Part shown: in pieces, positions 1 through 11,121 of the stretch
How positions within the stretch are numbered: the stretch's first letter is position 1
How the letters are laid out: each line of letters opens with the position of its first letter
Assembly (NCBI RefSeq): GCF_963921235.1
Contig: NC_086105.1
Span: 14,198,001 to 14,262,000 of the forward strand
Source of the DNA: Mobula hypostoma
Lineage: Eukaryota
DNA: 64,000 nt
Direction of reading: 5' to 3'
Position numbers and translations under genes: made by a program
The notes under the pieces: generated by a model
Databases searched by the model: none
Seen by the model: the letters and a program-made list of their open reading frames with translations, nothing else
Told to the model about the DNA's origin: nothing

Positions 1-200
1 AGCCAACGTTCTGGGCCAAGGCCCCTCATCAGGACTGGAAAGGAAAGGGGAAGAAATCAGAATTCTTTCCAGTCCTGAGGAAGGGTCTTGGCCAGAACAG
101 CCATCTGTTTATTCTTTCCCATGGGTGCTACCTGACCTGCTGAGCTCTTTCAGCATTTTGTGTGAGTTACTCTGGATTTTCAGCATCTGCAGAAACTTTA
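1..200. mobile_element. Inverted pair of Penelope 3'-tail fragments
   Basis: Minus-strand tail with degenerate hammerhead (1-38) followed by a plus-strand tail (agtcctgaggaagggtcttggcc...cagcatctgcaga). Confidence 0.65.
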
Positions 201-408
201 GTGGTTATTAATGTTTCAGCTCAGACTATTTATCAGAACTGGGAAGGAGATACCCAATATTTTACTTCCGAGAGTAGGGGGAAATTGTGAAGGGTTTGTC
301 AGAGCTGGTAGAAATTTGACACCAACCATACATTCTCTTCCCCTTTCTTTCAGCATTTCAGTGCTTGGTCCTTTTGACATTTCCTGGTTCAGCCACTCCC
401 ACAGATAT

Positions 409-1093
409 TTTAGATTAGATTATGAGGACACTCAGTCCTCGTTTATTGTCATTTTGAAATGCATGCATGCATGCATTAAGAAATGATACAATGTTCCTCC
501 AGAGTGATATCACAAAAAAAACAGGACAAACCAAAGATTAACACTGACAAGACCACATAATTATAACATATAGTTACAGCAGTGCAAAGCAATACCATAA
601 TTTGATAAAGAGCAGACCGTGGGAACGTCAAAAAAAAGTCTCAAAGTTCCGATCGACTCCCGATAGTTCCCTATAGCAGGCGGCAAAAGAGAGAAACTCT
701 CTCTGCCATAAACCTCCAGGCACTGACAACTGTCAGTGCATTGGAAGCACCCGACCACAGCCGACCCTGAGTCCGCCCAAAAACTTCGAGCATCCGACCA
801 GCCCTTCGACACCGAGCACCGAGCGCCATCTCTGCCGAGCACTTCGACCCCGTCCCGGCCGCTGAGCAACAAGCAAAGCCAAGGATTCGGGGCCTTCCCC
901 TCCGGAGATTCTGGGTCACATAGTAACAGCGGCAGTGGAAAAGGCATTTCAGAAGATTCTCCAAATGTTCCTCCGTTCTCTCACGTCTGTCTCCATCAAA
1001 TCAGGATTGTGCACAGCACCCTACTTGACAGATTACAGATATCGTTCACCGGAGTGGCCGCGCAAGCTGTGTCGCGTCGCCATCTTCTCCTCC
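409..1093 (-). mobile_element. Non-autonomous LINE derivative (Rex/Babar-like ends), CpG-rich
   Basis: Minus strand begins gaggagaagatggcg (LINE-type 5' end) and ends aatgacaataaa...(taatc)n tail; no RT coding. Confidence 0.55.
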
Positions 1094-1499
1094 TCTACCT
1101 AACCTTATGACAATAACTCTCCCCCTCTAACTTTTCAATCCTTCTTTTTACACCCCTGACTTCTTGCACTACATCCCACCTCACCAATATTACCACCCCC
1201 ATCCTCTCTCCAATCTCTTCAAACCTCCGAAAGCCAACTTCGCACCACCATGATCTCCCATTAACTCTCCTCCCTAGCCACCTCACTTTCCAGAAGCCCT
1301 GTCATTTGTCCTGCTAGCTAACAGCATTGTTAATGTTTACCGGGGGTCCACTTTTGTTGATATCTAACGACACCTATGACGGGGAAAGAGGAAATCTGAA
1401 ACAGAGGTTGGTAGTTTAAAATGGGAAGATTTCTCCAGCTTGTTGCTGACCACAAAATACAGATCTCACAAATTTGATAAGTGACAAAGATGATTCATG

Positions 1500-3010
1500 A
1501 TGAAGGATTGGTCAATATTGCTTGCGTAGAACCTAACAAAGCATTTCACAAAGTACCTCATAGTAGTCTGGTCCAGAAGAGTTAGTCACATGAGATCCAT
1601 GGTCAAATGATCCATTGGATCCAAATTTGGCTTGGTCATACAAGATAGAATGCAATAGTGGAGGGGTGTTATTCTGACTGGAAGTCTATGATCAGTGATG
1701 TTCCACTTGGATAAGGACTGGGACCTCTGTTCGTTATACTGTGGATTCTGGTTATTTGGGATACATCGGGACCAGTACATTTTGGCTCAGTCAAACAGCT
1801 AACCCAATTAGCCAAAGTTTCATGGAAGGTTCCCCATGCAAGGCTCATTCAGAAAGTAAGGAGGCATGGGATCCAAGGAGACCTTGCTTTGTGGATTCAG
1901 AATTATCTTGCCCACAGAAAGCCAAGAGTGGATGTAGATGGTTCATATTCTGCATGGCGGTCAGTGACTGGTGGTGTTGCACAGGAATCTGCTCTTGGAC
2001 CACTCCTCTTTGTGATTTCTATAAATGACCTGGATGAGGAAGTAGTAAGATTGCCGGTGACACAAAGGTTGGGGGTGTTGTGGTTAGCCTGGAGGGTTGT
2101 CAAAGGTTACCGTGAAACATCGATAGGATGCAGAACTGGGCTAAGAAGTAGGCAGATGGAGTTCAACCCAGAGAAGTGTGTGTTGCTTGAAATTCCAGCA
2201 TCTGCAGATTTCCTCGTGTTGAAGTGTGAAGTGGTTTATTTTGGTAGGTCAAATTTGAAGACAGAATATAGAATTAATGGTAAGACTCTTGGCCATGTGG
2301 AGGATCAGAGAGATCTTGGGGTCTGTGTCCACAGGACACTCAAAGCTGCTGCACAGGTTGACAGTGTTAAGAAGGTGTATGGTGTGTTGGCATTCATCAA
2401 CTGTGGGATTGAGTTCAAGAGCCGTGAGGTAATGTTACAGCTATATAAGAACTTGGTCAGACCCCACTTGGAGTGTTCAGTTCTGGTCACCTCACTACAG
2501 GAAGGATGTGGATACTATAGAAAGAGTGCAGAAGGGATTTACAAGGATGTTGCCCGGATTGGAGAATGTGCCTTATGAGAATAGGTTGAGTGAACTTGGC
2601 CTTTCCTTCTTGGAGCAATGGAGGATGAGAGATGACCTGATAAAGGTGTATAAGATGATGAGAGGCATTGGTTATGTGTGGATAGCCAGGGGCTTTTTCC
2701 CAGGGCTGAAATGGCTAACACAAGGGGGCATAGTTTTAAGGTGCTTGGACGTAGTTACAGAGGGGATGGCAGGGGTAGGATTTTCATACAGAGAGTGGTG
2801 GGTGCGTGGAATGCATTGCCGGCAACGGTGGTGGAGGCCAATACAATAGGGTCTTTTAAGAGACTTAGATAGGTACATGGAGCCTAGGAAAATAGAGGGC
2901 TATGCGCTAGGGAAATTCTAGGCAGTTTCTAGAGTAGGTTACATGGTTGGCACAACGTTGTGGGCCAAAGGGCCTGTAATGTGCTGTAGATTTCTGTGTT
3001 CTATGTTCTG
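1500..3010 (+). mobile_element. CR1 LINE 3' fragments (older piece 1500-1737, younger piece about 1825-3010)
   Basis: RT C-terminal motifs GVAQESALGPLLF, QRDLGVCVH, LYKNLVRPHLE and CR1 tail ttctatgttct. Confidence 0.9.
1739..1826 (+). mobile_element. Tigger/pogo-like MITE terminal fragment
   Basis: Same terminus (gtggattctggtt..tgggacacatcgggaccagtac) as the copies at 6973 and 23961. Confidence 0.6.
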
Positions 3011-3225
3011 TTCTTGATTCTCATGCCTCCATAGTCTCTTCAGCCGCCTCTTTCAGGACTCTGGAGTGTACACCATCTGGTTCAGAGACTTTACTACCTT
3101 ATGACTTCCAGTTTCCCAAGAACCTTCTCTCCAGTTATGGCAACTTTACATACTTCATGTCTTCTGACAGCTGGAACTTCCACCATACTGCTAGTGTTTT
3201 CCACAGTAAAGACTGATGCAAAATA

Positions 3226-4271
3226 GGGTTCCCCTGGTCCTCACCTACCACCCCACCAGCCTCCGGGTCCAACATATTATTCTCCGTAACTTCCGCCACC
3301 TCCAACGGGATCCCACCACTAAGCATATCTTTCCCTCCCCGCCTCTCTCTGCATTCCGCAGGGATCGCTCCCTACACAACTCCCTTGTCCATTCGTCCCC
3401 CCCATCCCTCCCCACTGATCTCCCTCCTGGCACTTATCCGTGTAAGTGGAACAAGTGCTACACATGCCCTTACACTTCCTCCCTTACCACCATTCAGGGC
3501 CCCAAACAGTCCTTCCAGGTGAGGCATCACTTCACCTGTGAGTCGACTGGGGTGATATACTGCGTCCGGTGCTCCCGATGTGGCCTTTTATATATTGGTG
3601 AGACCCGACGCAGACTGGGAGACCGCTTTGCTGAACATCTACGCTCTGTCCGCCAGAGAAAGCAGGATCTCCCAGTGGCCACACATTTTAATTCCACATC
3701 CCATTCCCATTCTGACATGTCTATCCACGGCCTCCTCTACTGTAAAGATGAAGCCACACTCAGGTTGGAGGAACAACACCTTATATTCCGTATGGGTAGC
3801 CTCCAACCTGATGGCATGAACATTGACTTCTCTAACTTCCGCTAGGCCCCACCTCCCCCTCGTACCCCATCTGTTACTCTTTTTAATGCACACATTCTTT
3901 CTCTCACTCTCCTTTTTCTCCCTCTGTCCCTCTGAATATACCTCTTGCCCATCCTCTGGGTCACCCCCCCCCCGTCTTTCTTCCCGGACCTCCTGTCCCA
4001 TGATCCTCTCGTATCCCCTTCTGCCTATCACCTGTCCAGCTCTCGGCTCCATCCCTCCCCCTCCTGTCTTCTCCTATCATTTTGCATCTCCCCCTCCCCC
4101 TCCAGCTTTCAAATCCCTTACTCACTCTTCCTTCAGTTAGTCCTGACGAAGGGTCTCGGCCTGAAACGTCGACTGCGCCTCTTCCTATAGATGCTGCCTG
4201 GCCTGCTGCGTTCACCAGCAACTTTGATGTGTGTTGCTTGAATTTCCAGCATCTGCAGAATTCCTGTTGTT
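3226..4271 (+). mobile_element. Penelope-like element, 5'-truncated, with open GIY-YIG endonuclease region and 3' tail
   Basis: ORF 3216-3845 has CxxxxCxxC, GVIYCVRCSRCGLLYIGET (GIY-YIG) and GMN end. TSD TGCAAAATA at 3217-3225 and 4272-4280. Inserted into a minus-strand CR1. Confidence 0.9.
4139..4174 (+). ncRNA. Minimal type I hammerhead ribozyme (PLE-associated), intact core
   Basis: AGUC-CUGACGA-AGG(gucucgg)CCU-GAAA-CGUC-GACU: stem I AGUC/GACU, CUGANGA and GAAA boxes, palindromic minimal stem III, predicted cleavage after C4170. Confidence 0.75.
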
Positions 4272-5084
4272 TGCAAAATACTTATTATGTTTGTCTGCTA
4301 TTTTGTTGTCCCCCATTACTACCTCTCCAGCATCATCTTCCAATAGTCCGATATCCACTCTCGCCTCTCTTTCACACTTTATGTATCTGAAGAAACTTTT
4401 GGTATCCTCTTTAATATCATTGGCTAGCTTACTTTCATATTCCATCTTTACCTTCTTAATGACCTTATTAGTTGCCTTCTGTTGGTTTTTAAAAGCTTCC
4501 CAAACCTCTAACTTCCCATTAATCTTTGCTTTATTATATGCCCTCTCTTTGGCTTTTAAGTTGGCTTTGACTTTTCAGGTTAGCAATGGTTGTGTGATCT
4601 TTCCTTTAGAATACTTCTTCCTCTTTGGGATGTATATATCCTGTGCCTTCCTAATTGCTTCCAGAAATTCCAATGGTTGCAGCTCTGCTGTCATCCCTGC
4701 CAATGTTCTTTTCCAATCAACTCTGGCCAACTCCTCTCTCATGCCTCTGTAATTCCCTTTACTTCTCTGTAATACTGATACATCTGACTTCAGCTTCACC
4801 TTCTCAGATTTCAAGGTGAATACAATCATATTCTTTCCCCGGGGGTTCTTTCACCTTAAGCTCCCTAATCAATTCTGTTTCATTGCATAATACCTGATAC
4901 ACAATAGCTGATCCTCTAGTGGGCTCAACCACAAGCTGCCCCCCAAAAAAACCTATCTCATAGGCTCTCTAGAAAACCCCCCTCCTGTAATCCAGCACCA
5001 ACTTGATATTCCCATCTACCTACATATTGAAATAACCCATGACTATTGTAACATGGTATGCAAAAGATGTTTTAGTTATATTCT

Positions 5085-5460
5085 CTCTAGGTAGCTTCCA
5101 ACATGATGGTATGAATATCGATTTCTTCTTCTGGTTTAAAAAAAATTCCTCTTTCTCACTTCTTCTATTCCTCATGCTGGCTTCTTCCCTCTTCTCACCT
5201 GCCTATCACCACCCCCGATTCCTTCCCTTTCTCCTATTGTCCACTGTCCTCTCCTATCAGATTCCTTCCTCTGAAGCCCTTTACCTTTTGCACCTGCCTG
5301 ACTTCACCTGTTACTTTCTAGCTATCCCTCTTCCACTCAACCCACCATTTTATTCTGATGTCTTCCCCATTTCCAGTCCTGAAAAAGTGTCCCGGCCTGA
5401 AGCATCAACTGTTTGTTAATTCCATGGAGGCTGAGTTGCTTCAGCATTTTGTGTGTGTTG
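5085..5460 (+). mobile_element. Penelope 3' fragment, degenerate
   Basis: LGSFQHDGMNIDF remnant, pyrimidine tract and degenerate hammerhead tail. Confidence 0.75.
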
Positions 5461-6252
5461 TAGACTGGTGAATAATTTGGGCAGAGAAATGTAGATGTAA
5501 TTTAATCTGGACAAGTATGAGGTTTTGCGTTTGGGAGGTCTCTATTCTAAGAGAAAATACATAGTAAACAGCATTGATATACAGAGGGATCTTGGGGTGT
5601 AAGCCTAAAGCTCCAGAATGTGACAACACAAATGGATAGCTCGATAAAAAGGCATATGGCTTACTTGCCTTCTCATTTGTGACACTGAGTATCAAAGCTG
5701 AGAAGTTGTTTTGCCATTATGTAAAACTTTGGTTGGGGCACATCAGAGGTATTGTGTCTAGTTCCAGTCACTGCACAAGAGCAGGGATGGGGAGGGTTTG
5801 GAGAGAGTACAGAAGAGGTTCACCAGGATGTTGCCAAGATTGGAGTGTACTAGTTGTTGGGAGAAGTTGGGCAAATTTGAATGGCTTTCTCTGAAGCATT
5901 GCAGGCGAGTTAATGGAAGTACAGTATGTACAATTATGAGAAATATGGATAATATAGATCGTCTTGTCCCCAGTGTGAGAATATAAGGTACTAGAGCGCA
6001 TAGATTTAAGGTGAGAATGGGAAATGTGCAGGCAAAATTTTTACATAGAGAGTGGTAGGTGTGTGGAAACGTGGTAGAAGTGGATAAAATAGCAATGTTT
6101 TAAAGCCCCCAGACAGACTAATGAATAGGCAGTAAATAGAGGGATGTGGACTACATGTTGCAGATGGGATTAAGTAGATTAGTATCATTGTTGAAGCAGA
6201 CATGATAAGGCAAAGGGCTGTGTTTCTGTGCTGCACTTTACTATGTTCTATG
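5461..6252 (+). mobile_element. Old CR1 3' end
   Basis: ERVQKRFTRMLP remnant and ctatgttctatg tail. Confidence 0.8.
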
Positions 6253-6537
6253 TGTTGTTATGCAATTAATTCAAAGGTAGGACAACCTCTCATCTTTTCC
6301 CCCATTTTACCTCAGTTCCATCCTAAACATCTGCATTCCCCTTTCTTTTAAAGAAGCAAACCTTTTCTAAGTAAAATTAAACAAATTTATGCTTAGGGCA
6401 CTGAATGTTTTTTTCTGGCTCCATTGCCTCTGGTTGAGGAGATGAATGTGGAGGATATACCGTTTGTAAATGAAACGTCTTTATATTACACAAAGGCCTT
6501 TGCTTTGCGATTACATGCGTACTGCTCCAATTTGCAG

Positions 6538-6744
6538 AGTGTGGAAGGGGAACACCATGAAAAGGCAGTGGAATTGCTGAAGGCTGCTCAGAACAGTGTG
6601 AAACTGGTGGTGCGTTACACTCCAAAGGTGCTGGAAGAAATGGAGGCGAGATTTGAGAAACTGCGGACTGCCCGACGCAGGCAGCAGCAGCTTCTGCTCC
6701 AGCAGCAACAGCAGCAGCAAGTTCAGCAAAATCATATGTCATAG
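6538..6744 (+). CDS. LIN7A: Last coding exon of protein lin-7 homolog A (C-terminal part of the PDZ domain plus polyQ tail)
   Basis: Acceptor ...ccaatttgcag|AGT at 6537/6538. Translates [68 protein letters not shown], matching the LIN7 PDZ end and the LIN7A-type polyQ-NHMS tail. TAG at 6742-6744 is followed by a GTGAGA donor. No upstream exons were recognised in this window. Confidence 0.95.
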   Translation, partial: SVEGEHHEKAVELLKAAQNSVKLVVRYTPKVLEEMEARFEKLRTARRRQQQLLLQQQQQQQVQQNHMS

Positions 6745-6972
6745 GTGAGAGTATTGAAATTATCTTTCAACCTCAAAGTTCAAGTACATTTCCTCAAATT
6801 GTGGTGCAAAATCAAAAGCAAGTCTTATGAGTAGCGAACCACACAATCTTTCAGAGTAAAGAAACAATGACATAGGTCCTTCCACTGGCTATGGAGCAAT
6901 GATCTAAGTTATTAGGAGATACAACGGAAATGTTGTTCAAAAGTTCAAAGTAAATTTATTATCAAAGTAAGT

Positions 6973-7550
6973 ACACTGGATTCCGGTTAATAGGGACACA
7001 TCGGGACCAGTACATTTTGGCCCAATTAAGCAACTGCCCCAATTAAACGAGGTTTCATGGAAATAGTTAAAAAGTTATTAAAAAAGACAAACTGAGTAAC
7101 AAATTATGTATTTAAATGAGATACAGTCCAAGTTAAAATCCTAGCAATAGTACTACTACAGTACTATAAAATTGTGTATTAGTTCCTAGTAGTTATCAAC
7201 GGAGGAATTTATCCAGTGTATGCAATGAAGAAAATCAGCACAGGCACCTATTTAAGATAATAGACTGCCCTCATACATGCTATCGACAATTGCATCCTCC
7301 AAATCTTCATCTTCATTGTAACATTCAACATAATTGTCCGTAGTTACCTTCATATTCTTCATAGTTCCTTATCAACCTCGTTGAAGTATTGAAATTGTTT
7401 GATTTTCACTTCTGGTGTTTCTGGCATTTCCAGGTTTGAATGGTTGAAGCTATAGTGAGCAAAACAGTTCAGAATTATTGTACTGCTGATTTCTCATCAA
7501 CTATTACTGACAAAAGTCAGTTTCATGAAGACAAACATACACAGCTGTCA
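6973..7550 (+). mobile_element. Tigger/pogo-like MITE, partial
   Basis: Collinear homology with 23961-24766; starts cactggattccggttaat. Confidence 0.7.
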
Positions 7551-8831
7551 GCCAAAAGTTGATTTTAATGATTGTTTTATTATTGCAATAGCTGAAATGC
7601 TGGATTGAAGAAAATAAGAGGGAAGGAACTGTGGGTAGATGAATGAATTAGGATGAGGAAGAGCTAGTTGATTGAAAATCAGAAAATGCAGAATTAGTTA
7701 GTAGGTCAGCCAGTGCATCTGTACTGAGAGCAACAGGCAATGAAGGTCACCAACTGCAACAGAAAGAGGAGAGCAAGGAAGAAGGCAGAGAAGTTTGGAA
7801 GTTACCCAAGTTGAACAGAAAAGTAAGAGAAATATTGAAGTTAAATGTAATAAAAATGACATTAAAATTTCAGTGGAAATATCATTGATAAATACTGTTG
7901 ACACTTTCAAGTTGAAAATGGGCTACTACCTAGAGCAACTGGTGAAATATGAATGGTTGGGCAAGAACAAAACTCTAATTTAGATTTCTAAGTCAATAAC
8001 TGAGGGGTGAATGGAATTAGGAATGCTTTACAAGAACAAACTGCATGACTTGGGCTTCACGATTAAATCAGGCTCAATTATTTTGAATATCGGGAGGTAT
8101 CCACCTATTTAGTACCAAGGAGAATGCTGTTATATGCTCAAAACGTTAATAATCGTTATTCATTTTGTCTCTGAATTCCATTCAGACAATATTTCATTTA
8201 AATTATTTTAATGATTTTCACTACATTGCTTTTTCAAAGCAGATTCCTTGCTAATAGATTTTCAACTTTAAGCTTCAAAGCATTTTCAAAGTAGAATACT
8301 TGCCACCAGCTTTAGTTAGTGTAAAGAAATCAAGCAGATTTTCTTTCATTTCAACCCTCATTTGTTTAAGAATAATTGAGCAAAGAAACTTCAGCAAAGG
8401 ATCTTATCTGTTCCTCCATGGCTTCGAATATCTTGTATCATTCCAACCGCTTGAAAAATAAATATATTTATTCACATTGCCAAAAATGTTTAAATTCTCA
8501 TTCAAAACTCTTTATATTTCTGTCCATGAAGCCCAGAATTATCAAAATAAGCAGTTGTTAGAAGATTGCTGTCAAAAATTTGCCTCAGGATAGTCAGGCA
8601 GTCAGACAAATGTGCCAATCCCTAGAGAACGTTACTGTGAGTACAAATTCATAATTAAAATAAAGATTATACATGTAAGTATATATCTTGAGGGTCACTG
8701 GAGAAATCACAAATCATCAAGTGGTGTGAGCAGTTTTTTCATTGCAGCTGTATCTCACTGTACTTGTGCTTATGACAATAAATTTGACCTGTGTTGTAAA
8801 ATCGAACTTAACTAGTATTCTAGTAGAATGG

Positions 8832-8992
8832 GGGCATCTTTCCCACTTCCTTCTCAGTCCTGAAGAAGGGTTTCAGTCGGAAATGTCGACTGCTTACTCT
8901 TTTCCATGGATGCTGCCTGGCCTGCTGAGTTCCTCCAGCATTTAGTGTGTGTTGTTTTGGATTTCCAGCATCTGTAGAATTTCTTGTGTTTA
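8832..8992 (+). mobile_element. Penelope tail fragment with near-intact hammerhead motif
   Basis: cagtc-ctgaaga-agggtttcagtcg-gaaa-tgtc-gactg at 8855-8892, followed by the common tail. Confidence 0.7.
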
Positions 8993-9167
8993 TGATTAGC
9001 TAGAATCGAGTGCATATCATATTTGTCTGTTCAGTTGAACAGAATTTAATATCTCACTAAACATTGTAGTAGTTATTAAAATAAATACAAACTCAAAATA
9101 TTTATTTTGCAATTTGCAATTTTATTTTCTAATATCTTGCTCTAGGTTCATTAATATCAGAACAAAG

Positions 9168-10340
9168 GAATTTGATAAAGTCCCACATGGGAGATTAGTG
9201 GGCAAAATTAGGCCACATGATATTGGGGGCAGAGTACTGACATGGATTGAAAATTGGCTGGCTGACAGAAAACAAAGAGTGGCGATTAACGGGTCCCTTT
9301 CGGAATGGCAGGCGGTGACCAGTGGGGTACCGCAGGGTTCAGTGCTGGGACCGCAGCTGTTTACAATATATATTAATGATTTAGATGAGGGAATTAAAAG
9401 TAACATTAGCAAATTTGCCGATGACACAAAGCTGGGAGGCAGTGTGAAATGTGAGGAGGATGTTATGAGAATGCAGGGTGACTTGGACAGGCTGGGTGAG
9501 TGGGCAGATGCATGGCAGATGCAGTTTAATGTGGATAAATGTGAGGTTACCACTTTGGTGGTAAGAACAGGAAGGCAGATTATTATCTAAATGGAGTCAA
9601 GTTAGGAAAAGGGGAAGCACAACGAGATCTAGGTGTTCTTGTACATCAGTCACTGAAAGCAAGCATGCAAGTACAGCAGGCAGTGAAAAAAACTAATGGC
9701 ATGCTGGTCTTCATAACAAGGGGAATTGAGTATAAGAGCAAAGAGGTCCTTCTGCAGCTGTACAGGGCCCTGGTGAGACCACACCTGGAGTACTGTGTGC
9801 AGTTTTGGTCTCCAAATTTGAGGAAGGACATTCTTGCTATTGAGGGAGTGCAGCGTAGGTTCACAAGGTTAATTCCTGGGATGGCAGGACTGTCATATGT
9901 GGAAAGATTGGAGCGACTGGGCTTGTATACTCTGGAATTTAGAAGGCTGAGAGGGGAACTTATTGAAACACATAAGATTATTAAGGGATTGGACACACTG
10001 CAGGCAGGAAGCATGTTCCCGCTGATGGGTGAGTCCAGAACCAGAGGCCACAGTTTAAGAATTAGGGGTAGGCCATTTAGAAAGGAGTTGAGGAAAAACT
10101 TGTTCACCCAGAGAGTGGTGGATATATGGAATGCTCTGCCCCAGAAGGCTGTGGAAGCCAAGTCTCTGGATGCTTTCAAGAAAGAGATGGATAGAGCTCT
10201 TAAAGATAGCGGAATCAAAAGTTATGGGATAAGGCAGGAACTGGATACTGAAAGTGGATGATCAGCCATGATCACAGTGAATGGCGGTGCTGGCTCGAAG
10301 GGCCGAATGGCCTACTCCTGCACCTATTGTCTATTGTCGA
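9168..10340 (+). mobile_element. CR1 LINE 3' end, young
   Basis: [22 protein letters not shown] and YRALVRPHLEYCVQFWSP motifs; single frameshift; (ctattgt)n tail. Confidence 0.95.
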
Positions 10341-11121
10341 TAATTATATTCAATAATTCTTTTTTGGACCATTGCTAATTATTTGTAATGAATAGAAAAT
10401 AAAATTAAAGTCTTGTGACTTTTACATTTTTTTCCCACAGAAAATTAATGCTTTGACAATGTGGTTTAAAGCGTCCAGTGTTCATAAGTCATTTTATAAA
10501 GCCTTGAAAACTTATTACCTGTTCAAAGACTGTTTCCATGGTGAGCCAATCCAATAGAATTAATTAGGTAGTCCACATCATTTGAAAGGGATCAGGAATA
10601 GGGGATGAAATGTCGAACTTGGTTTCTGTTTTAATTGCATTCTACAGTATGTACAAAAAGATTATTGTAAAACAAACAAATTGTCGCAGTTACTTGATCA
10701 AACCAACATCGCATTGAGACTAGGCGTGGGAGGTGAGGTGGTTCTTAATCCTGGTTGACGCATCTTCTGTGCTATCCAATAATAATAATATTCAAAGTCA
10801 AAGAAATGTATTTGATCCTTTATTAAGAAACTAGCAAAAACAAACAATCTTGAAGTGATAAAAATAATGAAACTAAAACTAGAAACTAAAACGTAATTAA
10901 ACAAAGTTAAACACAAATAGTTAAACAAAATTAAACGGTCAACAAAAAGATATCACAGCCAGAGATGTCTGACTCTTAACTAACCAGAATGACTCTAAAA
11001 AACATGAACATGTAATTAAAGCTCTTCACTTTGACCACATCCCCACCCACGTGACTGACTACCATAATAAACAGAACAAACATGCAACAGGCAACACAAT
11101 GCAGATAGGAAACAGATACAT

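Larger units (their letters stand above)
3011..5035 (-). mobile_element. CR1 LINE ORF2 fragment split by the Penelope insertion
   Basis: Minus-strand peptides KGNYRGMREELARVDW and YESKLANDIKEDTKSFFRYIK; sequence continues across the TGCAAAATA TSD. Confidence 0.8.

Noticed and set aside
736-1110. Overlapping ORFs in the GC-rich region 561-1110
   Set aside because: Chance ORFs in a CpG-rich repeat with no domain similarity.
6424-6537. N-terminal extension of the 106-aa ORF upstream of the LIN7A exon
   Set aside because: Intronic read-through; LIN7 similarity starts exactly at the tttgcag acceptor.
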